A DNA stretch of 64,000 bases. Origin: Eledone cirrhosa. Its lineage: Eukaryota. The stretch spans positions 297,042,001 to 297,106,000 of the forward strand of contig OZ024741.1 in NCBI GenBank assembly GCA_964016885.1, given 5' to 3'. Below the pieces are notes generated by a model. That model saw only the letters and a program-made list of their open reading frames with translations. It was not told the origin of the DNA and made no database searches. The number at the start of each line of letters is the position of its first letter. The stretch's first letter is position 1. A program made the translations under genes and the position numbers. This document shows positions 1 to 11,134 of the stretch, one piece after another.

Positions 1-198
1 ATACCTTATAAGACAGGACGATTCCCCACCAGTGTATCAATAGAAACCATGGAGTTATCCATGGCTAGCTATTTAGGATGAAAACAATGGATGTTGGATA
101 AAACGAAACACACACACACACAGACACAAAACAAGAAGAAATAACTAGACAGAAAGAGAGATGTAGAAATGATACTTTTTGTCTTTTTTTGTTTTTAG

Positions 199-240
199 TT
201 CTAACTCCTGTAGAGACACCTGAACCAGATTCATCAACAT
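199..240 (+). CDS. Internal coding exon of an unidentified plus-strand gene (xLTPVETPEPDSST)
   Basis: Pyrimidine tract ttttttgtttttag acceptor, T|GTGAGT donor, 42 nt, phase 1-1, in frame with exons at 10028 and 10694. Confidence 0.55.
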
Positions 241-269
241 GTGAGTATTATTGTTGTTGTTGTTATTAT

Positions 270-467
270 TTGGCAGTAACAGTAGAGGGTTGGACACCAT
301 GCTTTGACGCATAGAGTTACGGCCCTTGCCATTCTGAGTTCAAATCCCGCCGAGGTTAACTTTGCCTTTCATCCTTATGGGGTCGATAAAATAAAGTGCC
401 AGTAATACACTGGGGTATTGCTGGCCTTGTGCCAAAAGTAGAAACAATTATTATTATTATTATTATT
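270..467 (+). mobile_element. tRNA-derived SINE with Meta-domain-like body and (ATT)n tail
   Basis: Box B GAGTTCAAATCC; GCCTTTCATCC...GGGGTCGATAAAATAAAGT body; related copies at about 10218, 13255, 31770(-), 39180, 46440 and 56948(-). Confidence 0.8.
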
Positions 468-940
468 TGGTCCAGGGACACGGTGATCCCTCCCATCCAC
501 AGTGACAAGCTGTAACACCAATCTGGAACACAGGATCCCTCCCCCTCCACAGTGACAAGCTGTAACACAATATATTTGCTGTCATCACCTGTCACTCTTA
601 CCTCCCATCCCCTAGGAACACTGGTGATATCTCCAGGGAGCAAGTCTGTGTTGGGTGTATTAAGATCCAAGCTTTCCCTGACATCACCACAATCCTCTTC
701 TCACCCTCACTGGTATAGTCCAAAATATTACAGAACAGTATGTTTAGTACCAGTTTGGTTTCAGAAGGTCTGGAAAAGTGTTGAATCAAACAACACAACA
801 CAAGTATATTATAAGTTTTACTTCCTATCATTGTCTCTCACAAGACAGTGAGGTTATTTAACTCTAGTATATCTATATATTTCCAGGCTATATATATATA
901 TTAAATAACCTCATTGTCTTGTATATATATATATATATAT

Positions 941-1256
941 GGAGGCACATGGCTTAGTGGTTAGAGCATTGGCCTTGCAATCGAAAGGTTGTGAGTTCAA
1001 TTCTCAGACTGGGTGATGTGTTGTTTCCTTGAGCAAGACACTTTATTTCACATTGCTCCAGTTTACTCAGCTGTGGGGTCCCTATCATTCCACTGCAAAG
1101 TGGTCGTGGAGGTGCCACAGCAAAAAAAGCACCCAGCAGTCACTGTAAATTAGGTTGGTGTTAGGAAGGGCATCCAGCTGTAGAAATCAAGCCAGAATCA
1201 GTTCCCGTCCCACCCTTGCAAGCAGGGAAAAGCGGACGTAAAATGATGATGATGAT
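941..1256 (+). mobile_element. tRNA-derived CORE-like SINE with RTE-derived 3' tail
   Basis: Box A TGGCTTAGTGG, box B GAGTTCAATTC, CORE-like CCTTGAGCAAGACACTT; tail identical to the RTE 3' end at 4506-4570; (ATG)n. Confidence 0.85.
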
Positions 1257-1394
1257 ATATATATAAGACAATGAAGTTATTTATATATATAGCATGGAAA
1301 TATATAGAATTACTAGAGTTAAATAACCTCACTGTCTTGTATATTTAGCATACTAGGGCTAAATAACTTCATTGTCTTATATAAATAATGATGA

Positions 1395-1728
1395 TGATCA
1401 TCATCATCATCGTCATTTCATTTTACGTCCACTTTTGGGATGGGAACTGATTCTGGCTTGATTTCTACAGCTGGATGCCCTTCCTAACACCAACCTCATT
1501 TACAGTGAGTGCTGGGTGCTTTTTTGCTGTGGCACCTCCACGACCACTTTGCAGTGGAATGATAGGGACCGCCAGTCCCTATCATCTCATTTCTACAGCT
1601 GAGTAAACTGGAGCAATGTGAAATAAAGTGCCTTGCTAGGGAAACAACACATCACCCGGTCTGAGAATTGAACTCACAACCTTTCGATTGCAAGGCCAAT
1701 GCTCTAACCACTAAGCCATGTGCCTTCA
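1395..1728 (-). mobile_element. Inverted copy of the same SINE family
   Basis: Reverse complement of 941-1256 with small indels. Confidence 0.85.
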
Positions 1729-1786
1729 TATATATATATACAAGACAGTGAGGTTATCTAACTCTAGTAATTCTATATATATATAG

Positions 1787-2068
1787 TGCAGGCACGTGGC
1801 CTAGTGGTAAGGGTGTTGGACTTAGGATCATATTGTCGTGGGTTTGATTCCTGGGTTGCGTGTTGTGCTCTTGAGCAAAACACTTCATTTCACATTGCTC
1901 CAGTATACTCAGCTGAAAATGAGTACCAGCAATAGCTTGGAGTTAAACCCTGTGTTGAACTGGTGTCCTATCTGGGGGGGGTCTTTTACTCTCAGTTGCT
2001 TCACGCCATGAAACCGGGATAAGCACTGGCCAAATGAGCCTTCTGGCTTAAGACAGACTTTAAACTTT
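1787..2068 (+). mobile_element. tRNA-derived CORE-like SINE, second family
   Basis: TGGCCTAGTGG / GGTTTGATTCC boxes, CTTGAGCAAAACACTT core; related copies at about 22365-22645(-) and 26805-27055. Confidence 0.8.
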
Positions 2069-2338
2069 ATATATAAAATTATCTCTAGGTGAGCTGTTCA
2101 TATAACCCTTACTCCTGTTGAGATGCCCTAGGGTTATCTGACACAGCCACAAATGTATGGTGAAGCAAGCTCTATCTGTAGTTTGTCCAAGAGTTTAATA
2201 GTTATAGAAATGGTTAGTATATTCTAATTCCTTTTTTCTGGTTATTATGTATTTTCCGTTTGTTCATAGATTATATGCATTGCACCAAAGTAGTTTTTTT
2301 AACCCATGTAATTCAAAACATTTCTTTGTGTGTTTATT

Positions 2339-2386
<48 letters not shown>

Positions 2387-2389
<3 letters not shown>

Positions 2390-2985
2390 TCATCATCACC
2401 GTTTTACGTCCGTTCTTCCACGCTAGCATGGGTTAGACGGGTTGTCCTGTTGTGTGCAGTATCTGGTCGGCTGACCATGCCTTGCTCATACAGGAACTGA
2501 TCTGGCTTGATTTCTACAGCTGGATGCCCTTCCTAACACCAACCTCATTTACAGTGTGGGCTGGGTGCTTTTTTGCCGTGGCACCTCCACGACCACCTTG
2601 CGGTGGGGGGTGTGGGGGCATATTGTTTATATGCTTCAGCATGTACCCATGGGAGGTCGGGTACTCTGTATTACTGCGTGACGCCAGAAGTCACGGTCGT
2701 GTGTCATTGTCTTTGAGAGGTGTAATTGGGTAAGGTCGGCTTTTATCACCTCATCCCAGGTCATCTTGGGTCTCCCCACTCCGCGGTTTCCATCAACTTC
2801 TAGTGCTCTGCACCTTTTTATGCAGCTGTCATCCTTCATACGCATCACATGTCCATACCAGCGCAACCGCCTCTCCTGCACACAGCATTTGATTCCTCTT
2901 ATGCTCAGTCTCTCTCTCAATTCATTTATGCTTTGTCGTTCACGTATATTACTGTTACACATCCATCGGAGCATGCAGGCTTCGT
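2387..2985 (-). mobile_element. 5'-truncated RTE LINE, near-identical to the 3' end of the 27342-30385 copy
   Basis: RRLRWYGHVMRM...GRPKMTW, 3'UTR and (GAT)n tail; lacks one 3'UTR tandem unit present in the longer copy. Confidence 0.9.
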
Positions 2986-3306
2986 ATATATATATATATA
3001 TATAACGAAGGAAATATGGTAAGGAACCAGATGGACCATAACGCACCAAAGTACTCAATACTTAGGGTAGTAGAGTGGGTAATAGGAACGAGTAGGACCC
3101 CGACGGCTGAGCTCAAGCCGTTTCGACGGCTAATTCTGGACTAAAATGATTTTAGTCCAGAATTAGCCGTCGAAACGGCTTGAGCTCAGCCGTCGGGGTC
3201 CTACTCGTTCCTATTACCCACTCTACTACCCTAAGTATTGAGTACTTTGGTGCGTTATGGTCCATCTGGTTCCTTACCATATTTCCTTCGTTATATATAT
3301 ATATAT

Positions 3307-3310
<4 letters not shown>
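2986..3310. mobile_element. Perfect fold-back palindrome of a Penelope-like element end (family 1), flanked by (TA)n
   Basis: Arms 3005-3147 and 3149-3291 are exact reverse complements around a 1-nt apex; they contain the GAAACGGCT...AGCCGTC GGGGT half of a hammerhead. Confidence 0.75.
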
Positions 3311-3352
<42 letters not shown>

Positions 3353-3354
<2 letters not shown>

Positions 3355-3757
3355 GAAAAGAGTCAGAACCCCGACGGCAGAGCTGAAGCCGTTACAACAG
3401 CTATTTCTGGACTAAATTAAATTTTTAGCGTGGTGTTGATATAGCTGATCTCTTCAAGGGGTAATTCCATGAACTTGCCTGAGAACAAAGAGGGAGTGGA
3501 TGAAGCCGGTCAAGCGTTATGAGTGAATTCTATACATCTATTTCTAAAGAGTGGATAAAGTAGGCTAGCTAAAAAGCATAGCGAAAATAGAATTATACAG
3601 GAATCTGAAAGATGGGAAATTAGAAAATTAAAGAACTATAGTCTAAAACAAGAAAACCGGAATTAATAAAATACATCTAATTCAGTACCCCGGGGCTTCA
3701 TTTCATAACGGTAAATTATCAATAACGATGCACCCCCCTGAAAAAGGAAACAACTTA
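3353..3757 (-). mobile_element. Penelope-like element 3' region (family 1, older copy)
   Basis: Homologous to 2986-3310 and 9659-9817; contains a degenerate full-length hammerhead. Confidence 0.65.
3368..3462 (-). ncRNA. Degenerate type I hammerhead ribozyme motif (family 1)
   Basis: ACCCC-UUGAAGA-GAUCAGCUAU..AUAGCUGUU-GUAAC GGC..GCCGU-C/GGGGU; the core GAAAC is intact in the sister copy at 3172. Confidence 0.6.
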
Positions 3758-3807
3758 TATATTTTTAGCTGGTGCTGTGTTTTCAGCCAATGCTATATAG
3801 ATTTCAC

Positions 3808-4572
3808 TTAGCTTTTGTTGACCTAGAGAAGGCCTTTGATAGGGTATCCCGATCTGTCATCTGGCGGTCCCTAAGGAAACTAGGTGTTGAGGAATGGCTT
3901 GTGGGGACAGTGCAAATTTTGTACAGAGGTGCTGTCAGTAAAGTGAGGGTAGGTATGGACCTAGGTGATCAGATTAGCATGGGAGGGGGGTTCCAAGGCC
4001 ATAGTATCTAGAATAAGGATGGGTTGGAAGAAGTTTAGGGAGCTGCTCCCTCTGCTGACAAAGAAGGATTTCTCCCTGCATACGAAAGGCCAGTTATATG
4101 ATGCCTGTGTGGGGAGCGCGATGCTGCATGGTAGTGAGACATGGGTAGCAACTGCAGAGGATATGCGACAGCTGGAGAGAAATGAGGCAAGCATGCTCAG
4201 TTGGATGTGCAGTGTCAATGTGCGTGAATGACTCAGCATGAATATGTTGAGAGAGAAACTGTGTCTGAGAGGGATAGAATGTAGTGTGCGAGAGAGGAGA
4301 CTGCGCTGGTATGGACATGTGATGTGCATGGAGGATGACCGATGGGTGAAGAAGTGCCAGGAAATGCCAGTTGAAGGAAAACATGGTAGAGGTAGACCAC
4401 GAAAAACATGGGCAGAGGTGGTAAGAACAGACCTCAGATTGCTGAAGCTCACGGTGGAGATGACGAAGGACCGTGACAAGTGGAGAGATGCTGTGTTGAA
4501 TAAGGCCCGTCCCACCCTTGCAAGCAGGGAAAAGCGGACGTAAAATGATGATGATGATGATGATGATGATGA
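3808..4572 (+). mobile_element. Internally deleted RTE LINE fragment with 3' end
   Basis: AFVDLEKAFDRV, MLHGSETW, RRLRWYGHV, GRPRKTW; (GAT)n tail. Confidence 0.9.
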
Positions 4573-4660
4573 TATATCCACACACACACGCAAGACAGTG
4601 AGGTTATTTAGCTCTAGTATATCTATATATTTCCAAGCTATATATATATATATATATATA

Positions 4661-4856
4661 TGTTTATCCCGGGTTCAATCGAAGGTAACCACAGTAAGTA
4701 AGGTACACAATACATAGCAGAGTATAGATATTTAATATAGAAATGGCTTCTACAGGACTAGAACTGTTTCATTTGTTAGAAATCATCAGGGCTTCCTGAT
4801 GATTTCTCCCGAATGAAACAGTTTTAGTCCTGTAGAAGCCATTTCTATATTAAATA
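4661..4856. mobile_element. Penelope-like element end (family 2) with short fold-back, between (TA)n tracts
   Basis: Homologous to 52371-53207; inverted arms at about 4728-4790 and 4795-4856. Confidence 0.7.
4790..4840 (+). ncRNA. Type I hammerhead ribozyme motif (family 2)
   Basis: GGCUUC-CUGAUGA-UUUCUCCCGAAU-GAA-ACAG(UUUUAGUC)CUGU-A/GAAGCC; intact core, GUA cleavage triplet. Confidence 0.8.
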
Positions 4857-4871
4857 TATATATATATATAT

Positions 4872-5323
4872 GGTGGCTGCCAACTCGTTTTCGAGTACGG
4901 CCACTACTTTATATCCATATAGGAGAACCCCTACCGATGCGCTGAACGAGTGTGACCTTTTAGTCCAGCCAGCGACTTGAAAACTCTGGTACAAACACTA
5001 CACTTGTGACAATTATTGACACATAGTGCTGGGCCCATGGTATCATGTGACGACAAGTGCAGAGAGATCTCCAGATACAAAGCAATGCCTGTGCCGTGAA
5101 GCTTTTATAGTGAGCAAAGACACTGCACAAAGCCAGTCCCACTCTCTTAACCGAGATGATATTTACCAAAAAGAAGAACAAGTCAACATCATTGGATACC
5201 ATCAGAGTTGCAGGTGTTATATCAGAGTTTTCCTTCTCCTAGAATTCTGCCTTGACAAAGGCTAAGGGGTCATCTCTCCCGATGATTTTGGATGGCCATT
5301 GACTCTTAAGAGCTCCTTTGCCC
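4872..5323 (-). mobile_element. Probable RTE 5'-region-derived non-autonomous element
   Basis: Minus strand has CTAGGAGAAGGAAAACTCTGA, resembling RTE 5'UTRs; bounded by (TA)n on both sides. Confidence 0.4.
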
Positions 5324-5340
5324 TATATATATATATATAT

Positions 5341-8300
5341 ACTTACTTGTACTTATGTCGAGATTCACCCTGGACGGGTTGAGCCGGCTTCTTCCCTTGT
5401 CCTGACGGCATCCTGAACCATGGCAGCCCATGCACGACGGTCCCGAGTTAGATCACTGGAAATAGCGAGCCAGTCACGGTTCCATTGGCTCAGGCCGACC
5501 ACCTGCGGACCTGAGAGTTCGGAGAGGTCCTCCTTGATCGTCGTTGCCCAGGTCTTCAGCTGCCCGCCAACGCGCTTGCGCCAGTTAGGGAGTGGAGGTC
5601 GGAGGAGAACATCGCGGATCAGCTCACCCTCAGGGCGCCAGGCTGCGTTGCAGAAGCACTGAAGGAAGGTGTCAAAGATTCAGGCGAAGACGAAGACTGG
5701 CGGTAGGTACCTGATCAATGCGTCGGCAGCAAAGAATGTGGCGGGGACAGTCATTGTCGAAGACCTCCAGCCCTCGTTGATCGACTACCCTCATAGGCCA
5801 TGTTTCATAGCCATAGAGGAGGATAGTGCAAACGACAGCCTGGTAGATTCGCCCTTTGGTCGCCGAGGTGATCTCTCCTCTGTCCCACAGACACCGCTGG
5901 AGGCACCCAAAAGCGGATCTGGCAGCACCTATTGACCTCGGCTGCACCCTGTCCCGTTGGAACCACTGTTGAGCCCAGGTAAATGAAGGACTCCACATCC
6001 TCCAGGTCCACGCCCTCGAGAGATATTGGCTGCCAGGCATCAGGCGAGACCAGTGACGTCATGACTTTTGACTTGGCGGCATTGAATCGTAGACCAACAG
6101 CAGCGGCTGCAGTGTGCACCCTTTCGAGAGCACCCTGTACATCTGTCCCGTTAGCGCCCATCAGCACGATGTCATCCGCGTAGGCCAGGTCCGTCACCAC
6201 GACTCCTCTCCCGACCTCTACGCCCGGGTAATCCCAGAGCGCTGTGTTGAGAGTGTAGTCAATGGCGTAGTTAAAGAGATTGGCGATAGCGCACACCCCT
6301 GCCGAACACCGGTCCCAACATCAAATGACTCCGTCTCCCCACCATAGACCCTCACTCGAGCCCAAGTCGACCGGTAGTAGCCTTGTATGAGACGAAGCAG
6401 CTTCACTGGGATGCCGTACGCCTGCATTATACGCCATAGGGCTTCCCGATCTACCGAGTCGAAGGCAGCTGCAGAGTCGATGAAGCAGAGGATGGTAGAT
6501 TGTTGATGTGCCCACCATTATTCCAGGACACGCCGGAGATTGAAGATTTGATCAACGCACCCCCTCCCCGGATGGAAGCCGCCCTGAGAAGGACGGGTTC
6601 GGACATCACGGATGGCCTGGAACCTCTTCAGCAGAAGGATTGCGAAGGTTTTGGCAGCAACGTCAATTAAGCTGATACCCTTGTAGTTGGAACACAGTTT
6701 CCTGTCGCCTTTTTTGAAGAAGGGTAGGAGAGTTGCCTCGCTCCAGTCACCAGGGAACCGCTCCGTCGCCCACACGGAGGAGAAGACTCGATGGAGCCAA
6801 GCTGCGAAGACATCAGGCTCGGCCTTGTAGACCTCAGCTGGAATGCCATCTTCGCCCGGCGCCTTGTTGTTCCGGAAATGTGTCAGGACACTACGTACCT
6901 CCTCAACCATTGGAGGCACAGTGCTGCACCCATATTCTTCTCCGGAAGGTTACACGTAGGTTGGCGTGGGTGGTGGTGGGTGGTTGAGCAGCTCGGAGAA
7001 AAGGTCCCGCCATCGGACTAGCCGGTCATTAAGATTGGTAATGACTGCCCCGTTCCGATCACGGATTGTCTCGCTGATACCCGTACTGCTTCGGCTGGCC
7101 CGCTTCACCAGTTGGTAGAGCTTGCGCGAGTCACCACAGGCTGCTGCACTCTCCATCTGCTCCGCAAATTCATGCCAGTGTGCATTCCGATCGGCCCAAA
7201 CAGCCCGAGATGTGCGACGTCGGAGATCTCGAAGATTGGGTGCACCCTTGAGTTGGGCCACTCTCACCCTCTTTGTGAATTCTAGAGTGCCGCTGGAGAT
7301 TCAGTCCCGATGGCGTCTTTGGGTTGACCCAAGATGCTCTCTGGCCACCTCAACCGTCACCGCGTTCCACTCCTGCTCTGGTTGCTGTTCCAGCATTTGG
7401 AATCGGTTTCGCAGCTCTAGCCGGAAAGCATTTCCAGCATCGAGCTTGAGTCGCGAGATGTCGATCCTTTTCTGACGGTGGGGAGGAGGTTTCGCCTGCA
7501 GCCACAGATGAAGGGTTGCTTGTACAAGAGTATGGTCTGACCCATGCTCACTGCCCGTATCAGCCCCTCGATATGCACGCGAGTCCAACACTGAGCTGGC
7601 CCAACGAGATCTGACCAGGATGTAGTCAATCTGATTGGCTGTTCTTCCGTCATTGGATCACCACGTGACGAGGTGACGCCGAGGATGTTGGAACCGGGTG
7701 TTGGTGACAATAAGACGATTGGCATCTGCGAAGGATACGAGCCATTCACCAATGTCACAGCGTACGCCTAGGGCGAAGCGTCCTAGAATATGCCGTGTTG
7801 TATCATCAGCCGGTCCTGTCCGCGCATTCCAGTCCCCAGCGACAATGAGAACGTCACTTGTTTGGAGATCGGCATAGAACTGCATCTTGTCCACCTCGTC
7901 CGCATTGAGTGTGGGAGCGTAGACGGCAATTACGCTGATGTTGGAGATTTGACCCTTCAATCGAACCAGCGCGAGTCGGTGTGAGATCGGCTGCCATACC
8001 AGCAGAGCCGCTTGTGTGTCGGGGCTGAGTGCTACAGCGACCCCGTGAAGGCCACTGTTGTCAGTCCCGCCACTATGGTTCAAGTGGTAGGAGATGTCCT
8101 CGCCAGGAACTTTGATCGGAAGATGACCAACATCAGGAAGTCAAACTTCTGAAAGGCAAGCGACACTAATGCAGTACTTGTGCAGAGCCTTCATTGTAAG
8201 TGCCTGGACACCGTCGTCACGAAGTGTTCAGACATTCCAGCACGCCACCGTCAATTCCTTCCTTCGTCTGAAGAGCGGGACTACTGCGGGAGTAGTCTGT

Positions 8301-8712
8301 AGAGCCATAGAGGTAGGACCGCTGTTGCTTTGCATTGCGTTCATAGCGGGAAGGTAATTCATATTCATAGTTCGTATCTGTAGGATTCATGGAAGTAGTG
8401 AATTCACAAGTGGTCCCCCAAAAAACCCGCATGTATATCCCGAGCGAAGGTAAAAAACGTCCTGTTTGCCGCAGATTCTCCACAGACGCAGGGACAGAAA
8501 CGACCCGAAGCCGCCGGCTGCCGGAACAGACACCTCTTGGATTTTCACCAGAGCCCCTTTTGCCGGGTTGCAGCCCTAATACCGCTGGGTGCCAGACCAA
8601 TCCGCCTTGGGTGGCCCTACCAGGAACTGAAGTTCCCGACGGCATAGCTCTGACACTACCCATTACCACTGCCCTGCCACGTTGAGGAGGGGTTGGACTT
8701 TAGGGATCGGAT
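5341..8712 (-). mobile_element. Apparently full-length GC-rich RTE LINE (APE endonuclease + RT), disabled by frameshifts
   Basis: 5' RTE motif CGTGGC..GAGCTATGCCG..AGGGCCACCCAAGGCGG; VYAPT, AGDWNA, GSDH; GVRQGCALSP, LAYADD, LLYGYETW; TAAG-type tail; inserted between (TA)n tracts. Confidence 0.92.
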
Positions 8713-8727
8713 ATTTATATATATATA

Positions 8728-9589
8728 TAAATGAAAAATGGTGTGCTGTGTTGTTGCAAATGTGATATACAAATTAAAATGAAGAATTAGAAATAGAAGC
8801 CAGGACTATCCATCATCAGTGGTCTACTAGCCATCATAGGTATTTCTTCGCATTAAAGACCAGATACCTCAGGCGAGCGCGAACAATAACTGAAATAAGT
8901 TATTGGGATAAAAAGAATTGGATGGAGAAAGAGAGACAGGTAAACAAACACGAATGGTGAGGCAACGTAAAGAGAGTAAACCACTGATGATGGATAGTCC
9001 TGGCTTCTATTTCTAATTCTTCATTTTAATTTGTATATCACATTTGCAACACAGCACGCCATTTTTCATTCCTATATGCTTTCTCCTTCGCTGTGATCTG
9101 TCTTTTTCTCTTCCTTTACTGCTATCCTCTTTCTCTCTCCCCTTTCTCCTTCTCCCTCTTACTTTCATTCACTCCCTCTGATAGTCACCCTCTCTCGGCT
9201 AGCCTCTTCCTCACACTTTCACTCACTCACTCTCTGCTACTCACCCTCTCTCTCACTTCCTCCATCGTCCCATTTCTTTCCTCGCTTACTTTTCACACGG
9301 TTAAGATGTGTCTTTTGTCTTCTCATCAATATTCGCAAGTTCTTATGTTCAAATGAATCATTGACTTGATTTTCTCATTTTTTCCTCTCTTTACGTTGCC
9401 TCACCATTCGTGTTTGTTTACCTGTCTCTCTTTCTCCACCCAATTCTTTTTATCCCAATAACTTATTTCAGTTATTGTTCGCGCTAGCCTGAGGTATCTG
9501 GTCTTTAATGCGAAGAAATACTTATGATTGCTAGTAGACCACTGATGATGGATAGTCCTGGCTTCTATTTCTAATTCTTCATGTTAATT

Positions 9590-9592
<3 letters not shown>
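8728..9592. mobile_element. Penelope-like element ends (family 4), inverted plus partial tandem arrangement
   Basis: Part of 8728-8975 is the reverse complement of 9385-9590; 8981-9030 directly repeats the 9539-9590 end; CTGATGA half-hammerhead; (TA)n flanks. Confidence 0.65.
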
Positions 9593-9649
<57 letters not shown>

Positions 9650-9658
9650 GTATATATA

Positions 9659-9816
9659 TGAAAAGAGTCAGGACCCCGACAGCTAAATCCGAACAGTTCA
9701 AATCTAGCTGTCAAAAAGGCCGGAGCTCAGCTGTCATATTACCCACTCTACTACCCAAGTATTGAGTACTCTGGTGCATTATGGTCCACCTGGTATCTTA
9801 CCACACCCTCTTTGTC

Positions 9817-9817
<1 letters not shown>
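9659..9817. mobile_element. Rearranged family 1 Penelope-like end
   Basis: GAAAAGAGTCAGGACCCCGAC and ATTACCCACTCTACTACCCAAGTATTGAGTAC match 3353 and 3212-3290. Confidence 0.65.
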
Positions 9818-9849
<32 letters not shown>

Positions 9850-10027
9850 AGACAGTGAGATTATTGAACCCTATATATATATATATATATTTCTAGGCTA
9901 TATATATATATATATATATATACAAGATAGTAAAGTTATTTAACTCTAGTAATTCTATATAAATCCATGCTATATATATTTGTGGGTTTGCTATAATTAT
10001 ATGTTGTTTGTTTTTACTTTGTCCTAG

Positions 10028-10096
10028 TCTATGAATTAGGTAGAGAGGAGGAACTTGAATCAGATTCAGAGAATATTCCGATTCCCGATATAGAGA
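10028..10096 (+). CDS. Coding exon of the unidentified acidic protein (FYELGREEELESDSENIPIPDIE)
   Basis: tttttactttgtcctag acceptor, A|GTAAGT donor, 69 nt, phase 1-1. Confidence 0.65.
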
Positions 10097-10693
10097 GTAA
10101 GTTAGAATAAACTACTTTTCTAGTTTTCAATTAACATATTAACCTATTATAACGTTATCAACATATTAACCTATTATAAAGTTATTATTTAACTCATTAA
10201 CCTATCATAACCTTAATCCTGCCGATGTTAGCTTTGTCTTTCATCCTTACGGGGTTGATAAAAGAAAGCACCAGTAATGCACTGGGGTAATAGCTGGCCT
10301 TGTGCCAAAAGTAGAAACCTTATTTAACCATTATTTAAAACTTTATTATTTAACATATTAACTTATTATAACCTTATTATTAACATATTATAACCTTATT
10401 ATTTAGCATATTAACCTATTATAATCTTATTATCAACATATTAACCTAGTATAACGTTATTATACACAAATTGTTGGTCAATTCTTGGCAGCAGCGTTTG
10501 GTTCTGTTTATAAACCATTATACATTTCACTGAATGTAAGATTGTTGTGACTGAACATTGTGGATATAGTCATCACTTAATATAATTTGAATAAACCTTT
10601 AAACATTCATACTTTTCTCACCATAAACTTTCCACAGTGTGTGTGTGTCTTATTTGCATCAAATTCTATGTTGTATTTTGTTTTACACAATAG

Positions 10694-10860
10694 ATAACAA
10701 TGATTGTGAAGATATTGAGGAATTACCCCGTCCACCAGAGACTATTCTTCTTATCCACTCCACCATCTTTTTAGAGAAAGGATTAGATCTTGTTCCAATT
10801 GCAGAAATCTTTGTTTTCTCTAAAGATGGCATAATTGGAATGAATTGTTTCATTATATAA
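10694..10860 (+). CDS. Last coding exon of the unidentified protein (NNNDCEDIEELPRPPETILLIH...GMNCFII*)
   Basis: tag acceptor in phase 1, open to TAA at 10858-10860, then AG|GTAAGT donor and tttttag acceptor at 10995 (3'UTR intron). Confidence 0.6.
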
Positions 10861-11134
10861 AGGTAAGTTACAATTTCATTATTTTTACATTTTTAAATAC
10901 TTATCAATTATAGGTTTCTATTTAATCTCTTCATCAATATATTATATATTCATGTATGTTTCATATCAATTTTGTCTTGGTTTATTTATTTTTAGGCTTG
11001 TGAAATCAAGTGGATATATTACTTGAAATATAATGAAATCAAAAGACAAATTATATTACATGAGTGATGAAAGAAACACCAAGTGTAGAAAGATGAAAGA
11101 ATGGAGTCAACAGTCAAAAAGAAAGAAAACTAAA

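Larger units (their letters stand above)
840..9975. repeat. Locally dispersed ~50-bp unit CAAGACAGTGAGGTTATTTAACTCTAGT...GCTA(TA)n in both orientations
   Basis: Full or partial copies at about 840, 901(-), 1265, 1290(-), 1360(-), 1741, 4591, 9848 and 9923. Confidence 0.85.

Noticed and set aside
941-1015. tRNA gene
   Set aside because: A and B boxes run straight into a SINE body with a LINE-derived tail; no complete cloverleaf
2108-2131. LTPVEMP* resembling the LTPVETP exon at 199-240
   Set aside because: Only seven codons, ends in a stop, and has no suitable acceptor; chance similarity cannot be excluded
8560-8712. HDV-like ribozyme at the RTE 5' end
   Set aside because: I could see the conserved RTE 5' motif but could not build the nested double pseudoknot by eye
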